Positions 37,830 through 45,838 of a stretch of 48,237 bases of DNA are shown here, piece by piece. The notes below the pieces were generated by a model. The model made no database searches, was not told the origin of the DNA, and was given only the letters and a program-made list of their open reading frames with translations. The position numbers and the translations under genes were made by a program. How positions within the stretch are numbered: the first letter of the stretch is position 1; each line of letters begins with the position of its first letter. The stretch lies in the NCBI GenBank assembly GCA_039796155.1, contig JBDKKJ010000005.1, positions 1 to 48,237 on the forward strand. The letters are read 5' to 3'. The stretch comes from Candidatus Parcubacteria bacterium (lineage in GTDB: Bacteria; Patescibacteriota; Minisyncoccia; Phycocordibacterales; UBA6065).

Positions 37830-38369
37830 CTACTTTACGACCACCATTCCTGCAGGACCGCTTGAACCATCACATCCGAAACCATAAATGCCTACACCCA
37901 TTCCAAATGTAGCCTTTATAATCTTGCTTGAGTTAGCGGGAATTTTGAATATCTTGTCAGCATTAAATACAATTGAGTGTTCGACAGTGTCATCGTTCAC
38001 AAAAGATATATCTGAATCATTAATTACACCTGATACGGTTGGCTTTGCTGTACATGAAGATATATTGACTGTTTTTGTGTCAACGGCCGAACTGTACACA
38101 CGCTGTACAAAAGCTTGTTTTTCCGCTTCAGTCGCATCTGGCTTTGGTGAATTAAGAAGAGCCTTTGCCTCCACTTTATCTGCCTCACTCAACTTTTTAG
38201 TAGGATCAACGGGAACAGGTTTTGAAACAGGGGCTGTAACCGGTGCTTTAACTGGTGCTTTAACTGGTGCTGATACTGAAGAGAGGGACTGCTTCTGATA
38301 AATCTTAAATCCGAGAAACGCCGCCGCTACGATAAGTACACCGAGAATTATTTTTAGAGCTGTATTCAT
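37830..38369 (-). CDS. Membrane-anchored degenerate cupredoxin-like protein
   Basis: TM helix, (K/T)APV repeats, ISFVNDDTVEHSI, IPANSS, GIYGFGC and GMVVV. Confidence 0.6.
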   Translation of the reverse strand: MNTALKIILGVLIVAAAFLGFKIYQKQSLSSVSAPVKAPVKAPVTAPVSKPVPVDPTKKLSEADKVEAKALLNSPKPDATEAEKQAFVQRVYSSAVDTKTVNISSCTAKPTVSGVINDSDISFVNDDTVEHSIVFNADKIFKIPANSSKIIKATFGMGVGIYGFGCDGSSGPAGMVVVK

Positions 38370-38453
38370 ATGTTTATTTTATGTGTATTTATTATACCAC
38401 CTCGGCTACTCAAAACCATAGACCGCAAGATGGTGTGTATAACTATTCTCAAA

Positions 38454-39551
38454 CTATCTAATCTGCACCGTTTTGTAGTCTGATATCAAGCGGTAGTTGG
38501 CATCCACCAAACTCTTAAAACCTGAATCCTTCTTATACAGTGATACTGCCGCCTGAAAAGCCTTTTGAGTTTCGCGTGCTTTTCGAGAGAAAAGAACCAT
38601 CGTGTTCCCCGCATTGATGGCATTAATACCTGCGTCTGTGATTGAACTCTGTCCATTAGTAATAAACGGCATACTTGATACATCATCAGTAATAATTATT
38701 CCTCGAAAGTCTAAATCTTCTCTTAAAATACGCATAATATCTCTAGAAAAACTTGCTGAGTTTTTTGGATCAATACTTGTATACACAGCATGATTAGTCA
38801 TAATAAAACCCGCACCCGCTTTAATTCCTTCTTGAAATATCTTAAAAGACTGTTCGAGCTCCGGGTAACCTTCATCAAAATAAGGCACCATTTCATGTGG
38901 ATCAGTCACTGAAACACCGATACCGGGAAAGTGTTTAAGCGTGGTAGAAATACCCTGCTGCTTCATAAGCTCTATAAAATGAGTATTGAAGGCAATAAAG
39001 TCCTCAATATTTCGTGAGGGAGAACGTTTAGATATAAAAGAATTTTCAATTGAAGTAAAATCCGCAACAGGTGCCAGATCAACATTTATACCAATATCAG
39101 ACATTTTTTTAATGTCCTTGGCAAATAAGTCCCAATTAATTTTTTTTGAGTTTCTAAAATCTTCGAATAAATCAAGTCGTGTTGCACCAGCCGGCTCCTC
39201 GTCAATAAAAATGAAGTAGGGCTTGCCGGTTGTTTCTTTCGCAAACACCTGAAGATCCTTGATAAGTGTTGAAAGTTGTTCGGTGTTCTCTATGTTAACC
39301 TGTCTATATATAATGATTCCACCTGGTTTTATAGCGCTTAAAAAGTTTTTGGTTCCTTCGTTTAATCGTGTACTATCGATACCTACAATAAAGTTCTGAC
39401 CTACTTTTACCTCATCAGCAACCTCAACAATCCCATCGAAATGTTGGGAGAAGAAAACTTTATACACAAACACGCACCCTATCAGTAAAATTAGACCAAT
39501 AAGGAACGATGTTGCTCGCGGACATTTTTTATACTTTGGTAAAGACAACAA
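38454..39551 (-). CDS. Glycoside hydrolase family 3, NagZ-like beta-N-acetylhexosaminidase, membrane-anchored
   Basis: PGGIII, IFIDEE, DLAPVAD, KHFPG, TDPH, IMTNH and FRGIIITDD; N-terminal TM helix. Confidence 0.88.
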   Translation of the reverse strand: MLSLPKYKKCPRATSFLIGLILLIGCVFVYKVFFSQHFDGIVEVADEVKVGQNFIVGIDSTRLNEGTKNFLSAIKPGGIIIYRQVNIENTEQLSTLIKDLQVFAKETTGKPYFIFIDEEPAGATRLDLFEDFRNSKKINWDLFAKDIKKMSDIGINVDLAPVADFTSIENSFISKRSPSRNIEDFIAFNTHFIELMKQQGISTTLKHFPGIGVSVTDPHEMVPYFDEGYPELEQSFKIFQEGIKAGAGFIMTNHAVYTSIDPKNSASFSRDIMRILREDLDFRGIIITDDVSSMPFITNGQSSITDAGINAINAGNTMVLFSRKARETQKAFQAAVSLYKKDSGFKSLVDANYRLISDYKTVQIR

Positions 39552-39554
39552 TAA

Positions 39555-40067
39555 TTAAGGTGTTATATAAATATAACCAACTGTAACCCTAGGTTCTCCA
39601 CATACATATGGCAATATCCTTCTTAAAACATTTTCGTTAGTCCATGTCAACACGCTCGTTGAAGCGGTTTCCCCGGGTTTTATACTTATAGACTGTTTTC
39701 CTACTTGAATTCTAATATCTTCCTCGGAGAGGTTCTTGAAACCAACTTGTTCTCCTTTTCTTATGTGCACTGTAGCTGGAAAAGGATTACAGCCATCCAT
39801 AACCACCGTTGAAGCTTCAATTGCGGCCGCTTTTGCATACAAGAAATACTTTTCCATACTATCCTTCGGCATTGGTCTAAAACCTGAAAGAAGATTATCG
39901 GCTGCTGTTGCATAAGGATTGCCCTCTAAGTTTGTTTTAAATCGGTATTCCGTCACATCTGAAGCCAGAGATTTTTTATTCCGCATAATATTGTCCGTGT
40001 ATAACACAACACCAACAATTATTGAGCTGAGTAGACCGAGATAGAAAGCAATGTACAACTTGTTCAT
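39555..40067 (-). CDS. Membrane-anchored degenerate cupredoxin-like protein
   Basis: GCNPFPATVHIRKGEQVGFKN, IKPGET, YVC and GYIYI; similar layout to 37830-38369. Confidence 0.55.
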   Translation of the reverse strand: MNKLYIAFYLGLLSSIIVGVVLYTDNIMRNKKSLASDVTEYRFKTNLEGNPYATAADNLLSGFRPMPKDSMEKYFLYAKAAAIEASTVVMDGCNPFPATVHIRKGEQVGFKNLSEEDIRIQVGKQSISIKPGETASTSVLTWTNENVLRRILPYVCGEPRVTVGYIYITP

Positions 40068-40089
40068 ATAAATTAGTTTTATAAATATA

Positions 40090-40911
40090 CTACATACATA
40101 CTTCTAGGTCACAGACACGATCCCAGGTTACACATTCACCTACACTATCCCAACTCGTACACACATCCTCCCACGCTTGACACGTAAGCTCCGGGACACT
40201 GTAACATTCTCCGTCGCATTCTATGTGTCCTGGTCCACACCCGGTATCACCACATGGTAATCCAAGAGCTGGACTACAGTAGGCACTCTCAGAGTAATAA
40301 TGACCTTCTCCGTAGTAATAGCCCTGGTAGTAGTAATAGCCTTCTCCGTAGTAATAGCCTTGGTAGTAGCCTTCTCCGTAGTAATAGCCTTGGTAGTAGC
40401 CTTCTCCGTAGTAATAACCCTCGTAGTAGCCTTGGCCGTAGTAGTAACCTTGTGCGTAGTAATAGCCTTCTCCGTAGTAATAGCCCTGTGCGTAGTAATA
40501 GCCCTGTGCGTAGTAATAGCCTTGGTAGTAACTCTGGTAATAGCTCTGGCTATAGTAGTAACCTTGTGCGTAGTAATAGCCTTGGCCGTAGTAATAGCCC
40601 TGTGCGTAGTAATAACCCTCTGAATACGGCGGTAGACACACCACCTTACTTACATTCGCGGGAAGGTATGCATAAAAATTGAACCATTCCGCGACGGTTT
40701 TAATTGGAACGTAGATAGGGAGGTTTGGGACAACATTACTGACGGTATAACAGACTGCATTTGGTCCTGTAACATCGAGCGATGTACCGGGATCAACCTT
40801 ACAGTAGTCTGTAAAACATGCCGATGCGGCAGCAACATCCCCCGCTTTAAAAAGAAGTACGAGAGCGAGGGTTATGTATGCAATTTTTGATAAAAGACGC
40901 ATCGGATACAC
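40090..40911 (-). CDS. Secreted Tyr/Gly-rich repeat protein with Cys-rich flanking domains
   Basis: Signal peptide (probable start MRLL), Cys domain with YVPIKTVAEW, (YYYxQG/YYYGEG/YYQG)n core, Cys-rich tail. Confidence 0.8.
   Translation of the reverse strand: MYPMRLLSKIAYITLALVLLFKAGDVAAASACFTDYCKVDPGTSLDVTGPNAVCYTVSNVVPNLPIYVPIKTVAEWFNFYAYLPANVSKVVCLPPYSEGYYYAQGYYYGQGYYYAQGYYYSQSYYQSYYQGYYYAQGYYYAQGYYYGEGYYYAQGYYYGQGYYEGYYYGEGYYQGYYYGEGYYQGYYYGEGYYYYQGYYYGEGHYYSESAYCSPALGLPCGDTGCGPGHIECDGECYSVPELTCQAWEDVCTSWDSVGECVTWDRVCDLEVCM
40279..40626 (-). repeat. In-frame coding tandem repeat (12- and 18-bp units)
   Basis: Repeated gtagtaatagcc(ctgtgc/ttctcc/ttg) on the + strand; 116 codons, 57 Tyr by manual count. 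Confidence 0.9.
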
Positions 40912-40914
40912 TAA

Positions 40915-41478
40915 TTACTTCATTTTCAGTTCTGCAATTTCCGCTTTAAGACTATCAATCTGCTTTTGCTGATCCTTAATTGCTTCTATAAGTGGAGCAA
41001 CAAGGTTTCCGTATTGGACTGATTTCATACCGTTCTCACTTGTGCTTACGAGTTCTGGATACACTTTTGCAACATCTTGCGCAATGAGTCCCATGCTCGG
41101 TGTTTTATCCTTTTTCCATGTGAATGTTACACCTTGAAGTTTGAGAATATTTGAAAGAGCGCTATCAAGTGGCTTGATATTGTCTTTAAGACGTCGGTCT
41201 GATGTATAAAAATAGCCAGTAGCACCAACGTTTCCATTCACATCAAGGTTATACGAAGGTGACATGCCGACACCCAGTTTCTGGTTGAACTGTGAGTTGA
41301 GTGTTGCAACAAATGCTCCTACGCTCAAGTTCCCTGACTTGGTCTGTGCGGTAGCACTGTCGTTTATAGGAGTCGCAGTGTTACCACTTGTTGGTGCAAA
41401 TGCAGGGTTGCTCCACACCTGAGCGGATGCCCCTGATGCAATCGTCAACAATGTGAGTGAGAAAATAATCTTTTTCAT
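40915..41478 (-). CDS. Secreted protein with Peptidase S74 / tail-fibre intramolecular chaperone domain
   Basis: Signal peptide, TSDRRLKDNI, GLIAQDV..VYPELV, V.YGNLVAPLIEAIK and coiled coil. Confidence 0.88.
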   Translation of the reverse strand: MKKIIFSLTLLTIASGASAQVWSNPAFAPTSGNTATPINDSATAQTKSGNLSVGAFVATLNSQFNQKLGVGMSPSYNLDVNGNVGATGYFYTSDRRLKDNIKPLDSALSNILKLQGVTFTWKKDKTPSMGLIAQDVAKVYPELVSTSENGMKSVQYGNLVAPLIEAIKDQQKQIDSLKAEIAELKMK

Positions 41479-41512
41479 AAAGTTAAGTATATCAATTACT
41501 TCTTAAAATGTA

Positions 41513-41815
41513 TTAACGAGCACTTCCCGCCTCCAACGCCTTAAGTAAATCCAACTGCTGATTCTTTGTCATAACAGGGGCCGTTGAGGACGCTTCAAGC
41601 CTTTTAAGTACCGCCTCTTGCTCTACCCTCGGAACGGGTTTTGAAGCTGACGCGGCTTCAAGTCCCTCAAAAGTACCGGTCACCTCCTTGGGTGTAGGCG
41701 ATACTTTTGCCTCGGTTCCCGGACTGACCACTTGATTTGTATTGGTTTCTTTATATATCCAAAATCCACCAACCACCCCAATAATCACAACAGCTGCAAT
41801 AATAATCTTATTCAT
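41513..41815 (-). CDS. Hypothetical single-TM protein
   Basis: N-terminal anchor; three short LEA(A/S/G)S-like repeats. Confidence 0.6.
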   Translation of the reverse strand: MNKIIIAAVVIIGVVGGFWIYKETNTNQVVSPGTEAKVSPTPKEVTGTFEGLEAASASKPVPRVEQEAVLKRLEASSTAPVMTKNQQLDLLKALEAGSAR

Positions 41816-41821
41816 ATTCCT

Positions 41822-43060
41822 TTAAAATTCTTGATAGCGTGGGTCAAAATTTGCTGGGTTAAGCGTAACATCAACAGTTCGTACAAGATTTGAGTTTGTT
41901 GAGGTGCCTGTAAGTCGGATTGTGTATGGTCCTGTAAATGCTGGTGCACCCGCAACTCGTGTTACTCGAACCCTGAGCCCCGCGCTCGCTGAGTATGGTG
42001 TTGGGATAGTGCTTGTAAGTGAGCCAGATCCCTTGGCATAGTAGTTTGTACCTCCATTGAGAGAATACATAAACGTTGTACTTGCGATTGTTGGTGGATA
42101 GTTTGAAATCCCAATAACTACAGGATTTGCTGCCGTAACAAAGGCTGCATTAGGAGCGACTGGAACAAGCTTTGTTTCAGAATCAGCAGTTCCTGTTGGA
42201 AGAATCTGTATTGTCATATTCTGATTTGAACCAAGGGTGTAATCCTGAGGTTGAGGTGCAACCGTGAAACTTACCTGTTTCGAAACAGTAGGATTTGTAC
42301 AATCAATGCTATATGTGTGAAGACCTGAAACACTCAAAGCATCCTCAATCTGTGATCCAGATGTTGTTTTTCCTGTAATAGGGGTGCTAAATGGACTACC
42401 TCCAACTGTCTTTGTAACGGCACAAGAACCCGAGATATTTGTGAGTGTCCACAAGAACGTAGGAATCGTAGCATATGTTACCGCGCCATTATTTACTATA
42501 GAGATACCGCCATTTTGTACATCAAGACTTGCATCACCAATCATTTTCACACCATTAGCACCAGCCGCATCAAAACTGATCCAACCCATCACAGCGTTTC
42601 CCCAGGCGTACCCAGAAAAAGTAGTACCTGAAAGCGTCACACCGTAAGCCGGCGAAGTACCTGAAAATGAAATCCATCCATCCCAGCCACCACCATTTGA
42701 AAGTACTCGCGCCCAACCCCGCAATGCACCACCAACTACTTGTGCATCCTGAGTATATGTACCCGTTCCTACTGGAAAACCAGACGTCAAATTACCAAAT
42801 TGAATCCAACCTACATTTGATGACCATGCGTAACCAGGAACACTACACGTATCGTTTCCACAAAGTCTTCCATCTGCTGTCTTATGAACTCCATAATCTG
42901 CGGTTCCGCAAGTTCCTGTATTCGTACAATTGAAGCTAATCCAACCGATATTTGATGACCAGGCATAACCCGAGAGATTGTGTTGGGTGCCAGCAGATGC
43001 GAAAAAAGGAATCACCGAAAGCGCAATAATAAAGAGAAATTTAAAAAATACTGATTTCAT
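41822..43060 (-). CDS. Secreted protein with four GYAW..GWI(S)F repeats and C-terminal Ig-like domain
   Basis: Signal peptide from MKSVFF; start set by the extended -10 at 43068-43076 and the upstream terminator; ends PRYQEF. Confidence 0.75.
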   Translation of the reverse strand: MKSVFFKFLFIIALSVIPFFASAGTQHNLSGYAWSSNIGWISFNCTNTGTCGTADYGVHKTADGRLCGNDTCSVPGYAWSSNVGWIQFGNLTSGFPVGTGTYTQDAQVVGGALRGWARVLSNGGGWDGWISFSGTSPAYGVTLSGTTFSGYAWGNAVMGWISFDAAGANGVKMIGDASLDVQNGGISIVNNGAVTYATIPTFLWTLTNISGSCAVTKTVGGSPFSTPITGKTTSGSQIEDALSVSGLHTYSIDCTNPTVSKQVSFTVAPQPQDYTLGSNQNMTIQILPTGTADSETKLVPVAPNAAFVTAANPVVIGISNYPPTIASTTFMYSLNGGTNYYAKGSGSLTSTIPTPYSASAGLRVRVTRVAGAPAFTGPYTIRLTGTSTNSNLVRTVDVTLNPANFDPRYQEF

Positions 43061-43114
43061 TACGTATATCATACCAGTTGACAGACCTAAGCTCAATATA
43101 CATATTAACAGTCG

Positions 43115-43157
43115 AAACAAAACACCCCGCGGCCTACGGCCGCGGGGTGTTTTGTTT
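43115..43157. terminator. 20-bp inverted repeat, terminator of the 888-aa gene
   Basis: aaacaaaacaccccgcggcc-tac-ggccgcggggtgttttgttt. Confidence 0.85.
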
Positions 43158-43166
43158 TTAAAACCT

Positions 43167-45833
43167 TTAGAATTCTCTGTATCCAGGATACAAAGGACGT
43201 GAATCAAGATTAACTGTCGCTGTTTGTGTGATGGTCCCAACCTGACTATCTACACCAACGCCCCTGAAGGTTATTGAATACGTACCCGTCTCAGAAAGTT
43301 TCTTATTGAAGCGTACTCTCACTGGCAGAAACTGTAATCCACCACTGTTAAGAGTAAATGGAATGGTGAGATTCGGCGAAAAGTCTGACCCGTTATAAGA
43401 GAACACAGGCTCTACATCTGCCGGAGCAGATGAAACCTCAAGTGAAACCGGTGCTGTAAAGTATGAAGTGTTCACCGAAAGATTAATCGTTTCATCAGCA
43501 GCGCCAGCATATCCGGCAACTGATCGAATCTTTACATTATTTGGCGTTGCAGAAAGACTGAATGATGGTGCTACACATATGTTTCCTGACACATTCACGG
43601 GCTTACTTCCAGGACACACACAGGTTGAACCTGACTTTACCTTATCTCCAGAACACACAACTGGTGGCGGTACTACCGTACATGTTTTAGCCACTGAGTA
43701 ATTCTTACCTTCACAACTAATTGAATAGCTTGTACCGCTGATATTCTCGAAACCACTCGCTGGTTTCGAACCACAACTCGCTACTCCCGTCACATTCCAT
43801 GTGACTTGATTATAACTAGTACCCATTGCTGTTCCCCAATTGTATCCAAGATACCCTCCGTCATGATTATCAGTCACACTTCCAGAAGCGGGATATACAC
43901 AACCCCCGCCGCCGGTACCTGTACCCGTATTCCCTCCAGGACCACTAGTACATGACGGATCTGTTGGATTTAGAGTACAGAAACTTGGCGGTGGTGTAGC
44001 GGCTACGGTAAATGCCTTTGTTCCACCGAACCACTCTTCACCTTGTTCTACAGCCTGCAACACATAGCTACCTGGAGTAGTTGGTGCGGTCATGCCTACT
44101 GTTTTTTGACCTCCAATACCGGTTGTAGCAAGATTCGCAAAAAACACAGCGTTCTGACCAACAGGCAAAATACCCAACTGATGTCCAGCACCCCATGTTT
44201 TTGTACCATTATTAGTTACAGAAACATTAAACGACTGTCCAGGAGTTACTTGTGATGGGAATGAATTATACGTTATACCGTTTTGAGGTATACCAACAGT
44301 CACACAATCTCCACTTGCGTTAACAGTCATACCTGTGGGAACTGATGCTTGATCGCCTCCGATGTTTGGACACACGTCTATTGTTGGTGCAGCTGCAACC
44401 GTTACCGAAGCGCTTCCCGACCACGGATTCATGTTTGTACCCGTACAACTGAGATTAAATGTTGATGCCTGTGATACAGATACTGTTTGATTTCCCGAAG
44501 TTGCCTTTGTGCCCGACCAAGAACCTGATGCGGTACACGAATTAGCACCAGATGCAGACCAGGTTATCGTCACGTTTCCCCCACCTGATGAAACCTGTGT
44601 CGGAGACACGCCAATGGAACCAGTTATGTCGCCCGGAGGACTAACGGGCGGTGCACAGTTGATCGTTGATTGCCCTATGTATGCATTCGGTTCTGCAGTT
44701 GTATCTATGGCATATGCATATATGACTCTGTTTGAATTTGTTTTAAGACTCACTGGAGTCGGATAACTATAATTACCACTTGAATCAGTTGATGTGTTTC
44801 CTCCCCAGCTACCACTGCCCGCAGGTCCGTCTACATAAAAATGAACACTTACAGATTGTCCTGGGGTATTTGAATCAGTTGCACTTCCTGAAAACGCACT
44901 ACACCCCGCACTGAAACTTCCTGTCGGAGGATTGTTTGTCACCGGTGGAGCTACACATGTATATGAACTATTAAATACATAACTGTTATTACATATACAA
45001 TTAGAGCCGCTGATTGAGGTTCCTGTTGGTGCACTCGCCTGTGTTCCCGGAATGTTTGCGCACACGTCAGTGGTGGTAGTTGTAGTATCTACACAATCAC
45101 CACTCCCATTAATTTCTTTGCCTGTCGGTACCGAAGTTTGAACCCCATCTATATTTGGACACACGTCAGTGGGCGGTGTTATACAGTCACCGATATTTAT
45201 CGTATGACTGATAGTTCCTGATACAGCCCCTTTTGCATCAGTTGCCCAAGCGGTATACGTGATTGAATCTGGACCTTTATCTAAACTATCGTTCTCAGAA
45301 ATACCCGTACTCCCATCACCCCCGCCCGCGTTCGCAAATGCCACACCATCTTTACGAATATTTACATACATCAGATTTCCATCCTGATCATCCGCAGTTG
45401 CCTGAATTTGATAAAGTGCGTCACACTGAGCTGATGCCGGCACTGATGTCCAAGAGATTGTTGGAGCACTGTTTGCAGGTCGTGCGCAATAAATATCTTT
45501 GAACCATTTACTACTTACACATTTAAAACCTTCCCATGCTCCATTTTTCCAAATAATTGAATACTCACTATTACACCTATCATACTGACCCAAGACTGCA
45601 TCATACGTATACGTCTGATAGCCACTCATTTCACAAAGGTGGTCTGCCGTTGGACCATCATTGTAAAAGTTCTGCGTAACATTTGCGTAAGGTACGCCAA
45701 AGTTATATACATTAGAAACATCAACCCATCCACACTCTTTTCCGGCCGGACACGTCGCAGCAAATACCTGGGTTAATCCAGCAACCAATATGAGCACACC
45801 CGCAAACAAACTCGATAGAAGTATTTTTTTCAT
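43167..45833 (-). CDS. Large secreted modular surface protein (Ig-like domains, Cys-rich DVCxNI repeats)
   Basis: Signal peptide, three copies of DVC(P/A)NIxGxQxSxPTG, Thr/Gly/Ser-rich, ends PGYREF. Confidence 0.75.
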   Translation of the reverse strand: MKKILLSSLFAGVLILVAGLTQVFAATCPAGKECGWVDVSNVYNFGVPYANVTQNFYNDGPTADHLCEMSGYQTYTYDAVLGQYDRCNSEYSIIWKNGAWEGFKCVSSKWFKDIYCARPANSAPTISWTSVPASAQCDALYQIQATADDQDGNLMYVNIRKDGVAFANAGGGDGSTGISENDSLDKGPDSITYTAWATDAKGAVSGTISHTINIGDCITPPTDVCPNIDGVQTSVPTGKEINGSGDCVDTTTTTTDVCANIPGTQASAPTGTSISGSNCICNNSYVFNSSYTCVAPPVTNNPPTGSFSAGCSAFSGSATDSNTPGQSVSVHFYVDGPAGSGSWGGNTSTDSSGNYSYPTPVSLKTNSNRVIYAYAIDTTAEPNAYIGQSTINCAPPVSPPGDITGSIGVSPTQVSSGGGNVTITWSASGANSCTASGSWSGTKATSGNQTVSVSQASTFNLSCTGTNMNPWSGSASVTVAAAPTIDVCPNIGGDQASVPTGMTVNASGDCVTVGIPQNGITYNSFPSQVTPGQSFNVSVTNNGTKTWGAGHQLGILPVGQNAVFFANLATTGIGGQKTVGMTAPTTPGSYVLQAVEQGEEWFGGTKAFTVAATPPPSFCTLNPTDPSCTSGPGGNTGTGTGGGGCVYPASGSVTDNHDGGYLGYNWGTAMGTSYNQVTWNVTGVASCGSKPASGFENISGTSYSISCEGKNYSVAKTCTVVPPPVVCSGDKVKSGSTCVCPGSKPVNVSGNICVAPSFSLSATPNNVKIRSVAGYAGAADETINLSVNTSYFTAPVSLEVSSAPADVEPVFSYNGSDFSPNLTIPFTLNSGGLQFLPVRVRFNKKLSETGTYSITFRGVGVDSQVGTITQTATVNLDSRPLYPGYREF

Positions 45834-45838
45834 GGGTG

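Noticed and set aside
29173-40067. Apparent lower GC of the island as proof of horizontal transfer
   Set aside because: Only a visual impression; I cannot compute GC or codon statistics here, so it is not claimed.
40279-40626. Repeat array as a possible CRISPR
   Set aside because: Units are 12 or 18 bp, contiguous and in frame, with no unique spacers; no cas genes in the window.
40254-40682. Plus-strand ORFs 40254-40682 (RSNS repeats) and 40300-40623 (VVIAL repeats)
   Set aside because: Shadow frames of the Tyr repeat. The minus-strand frame has a signal peptide, non-repetitive flanking domains and the island's orientation.
43061-43240. N-terminal extensions in the ORF track (to 43240; also pgk to 10660, the pilin to 13770, SIMPL from 25702)
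   Set aside because: They cross a terminator or overlap upstream genes. Downstream ATGs give proper signal peptides or family N-termini, and for 43060 also fit the -10 spacing.
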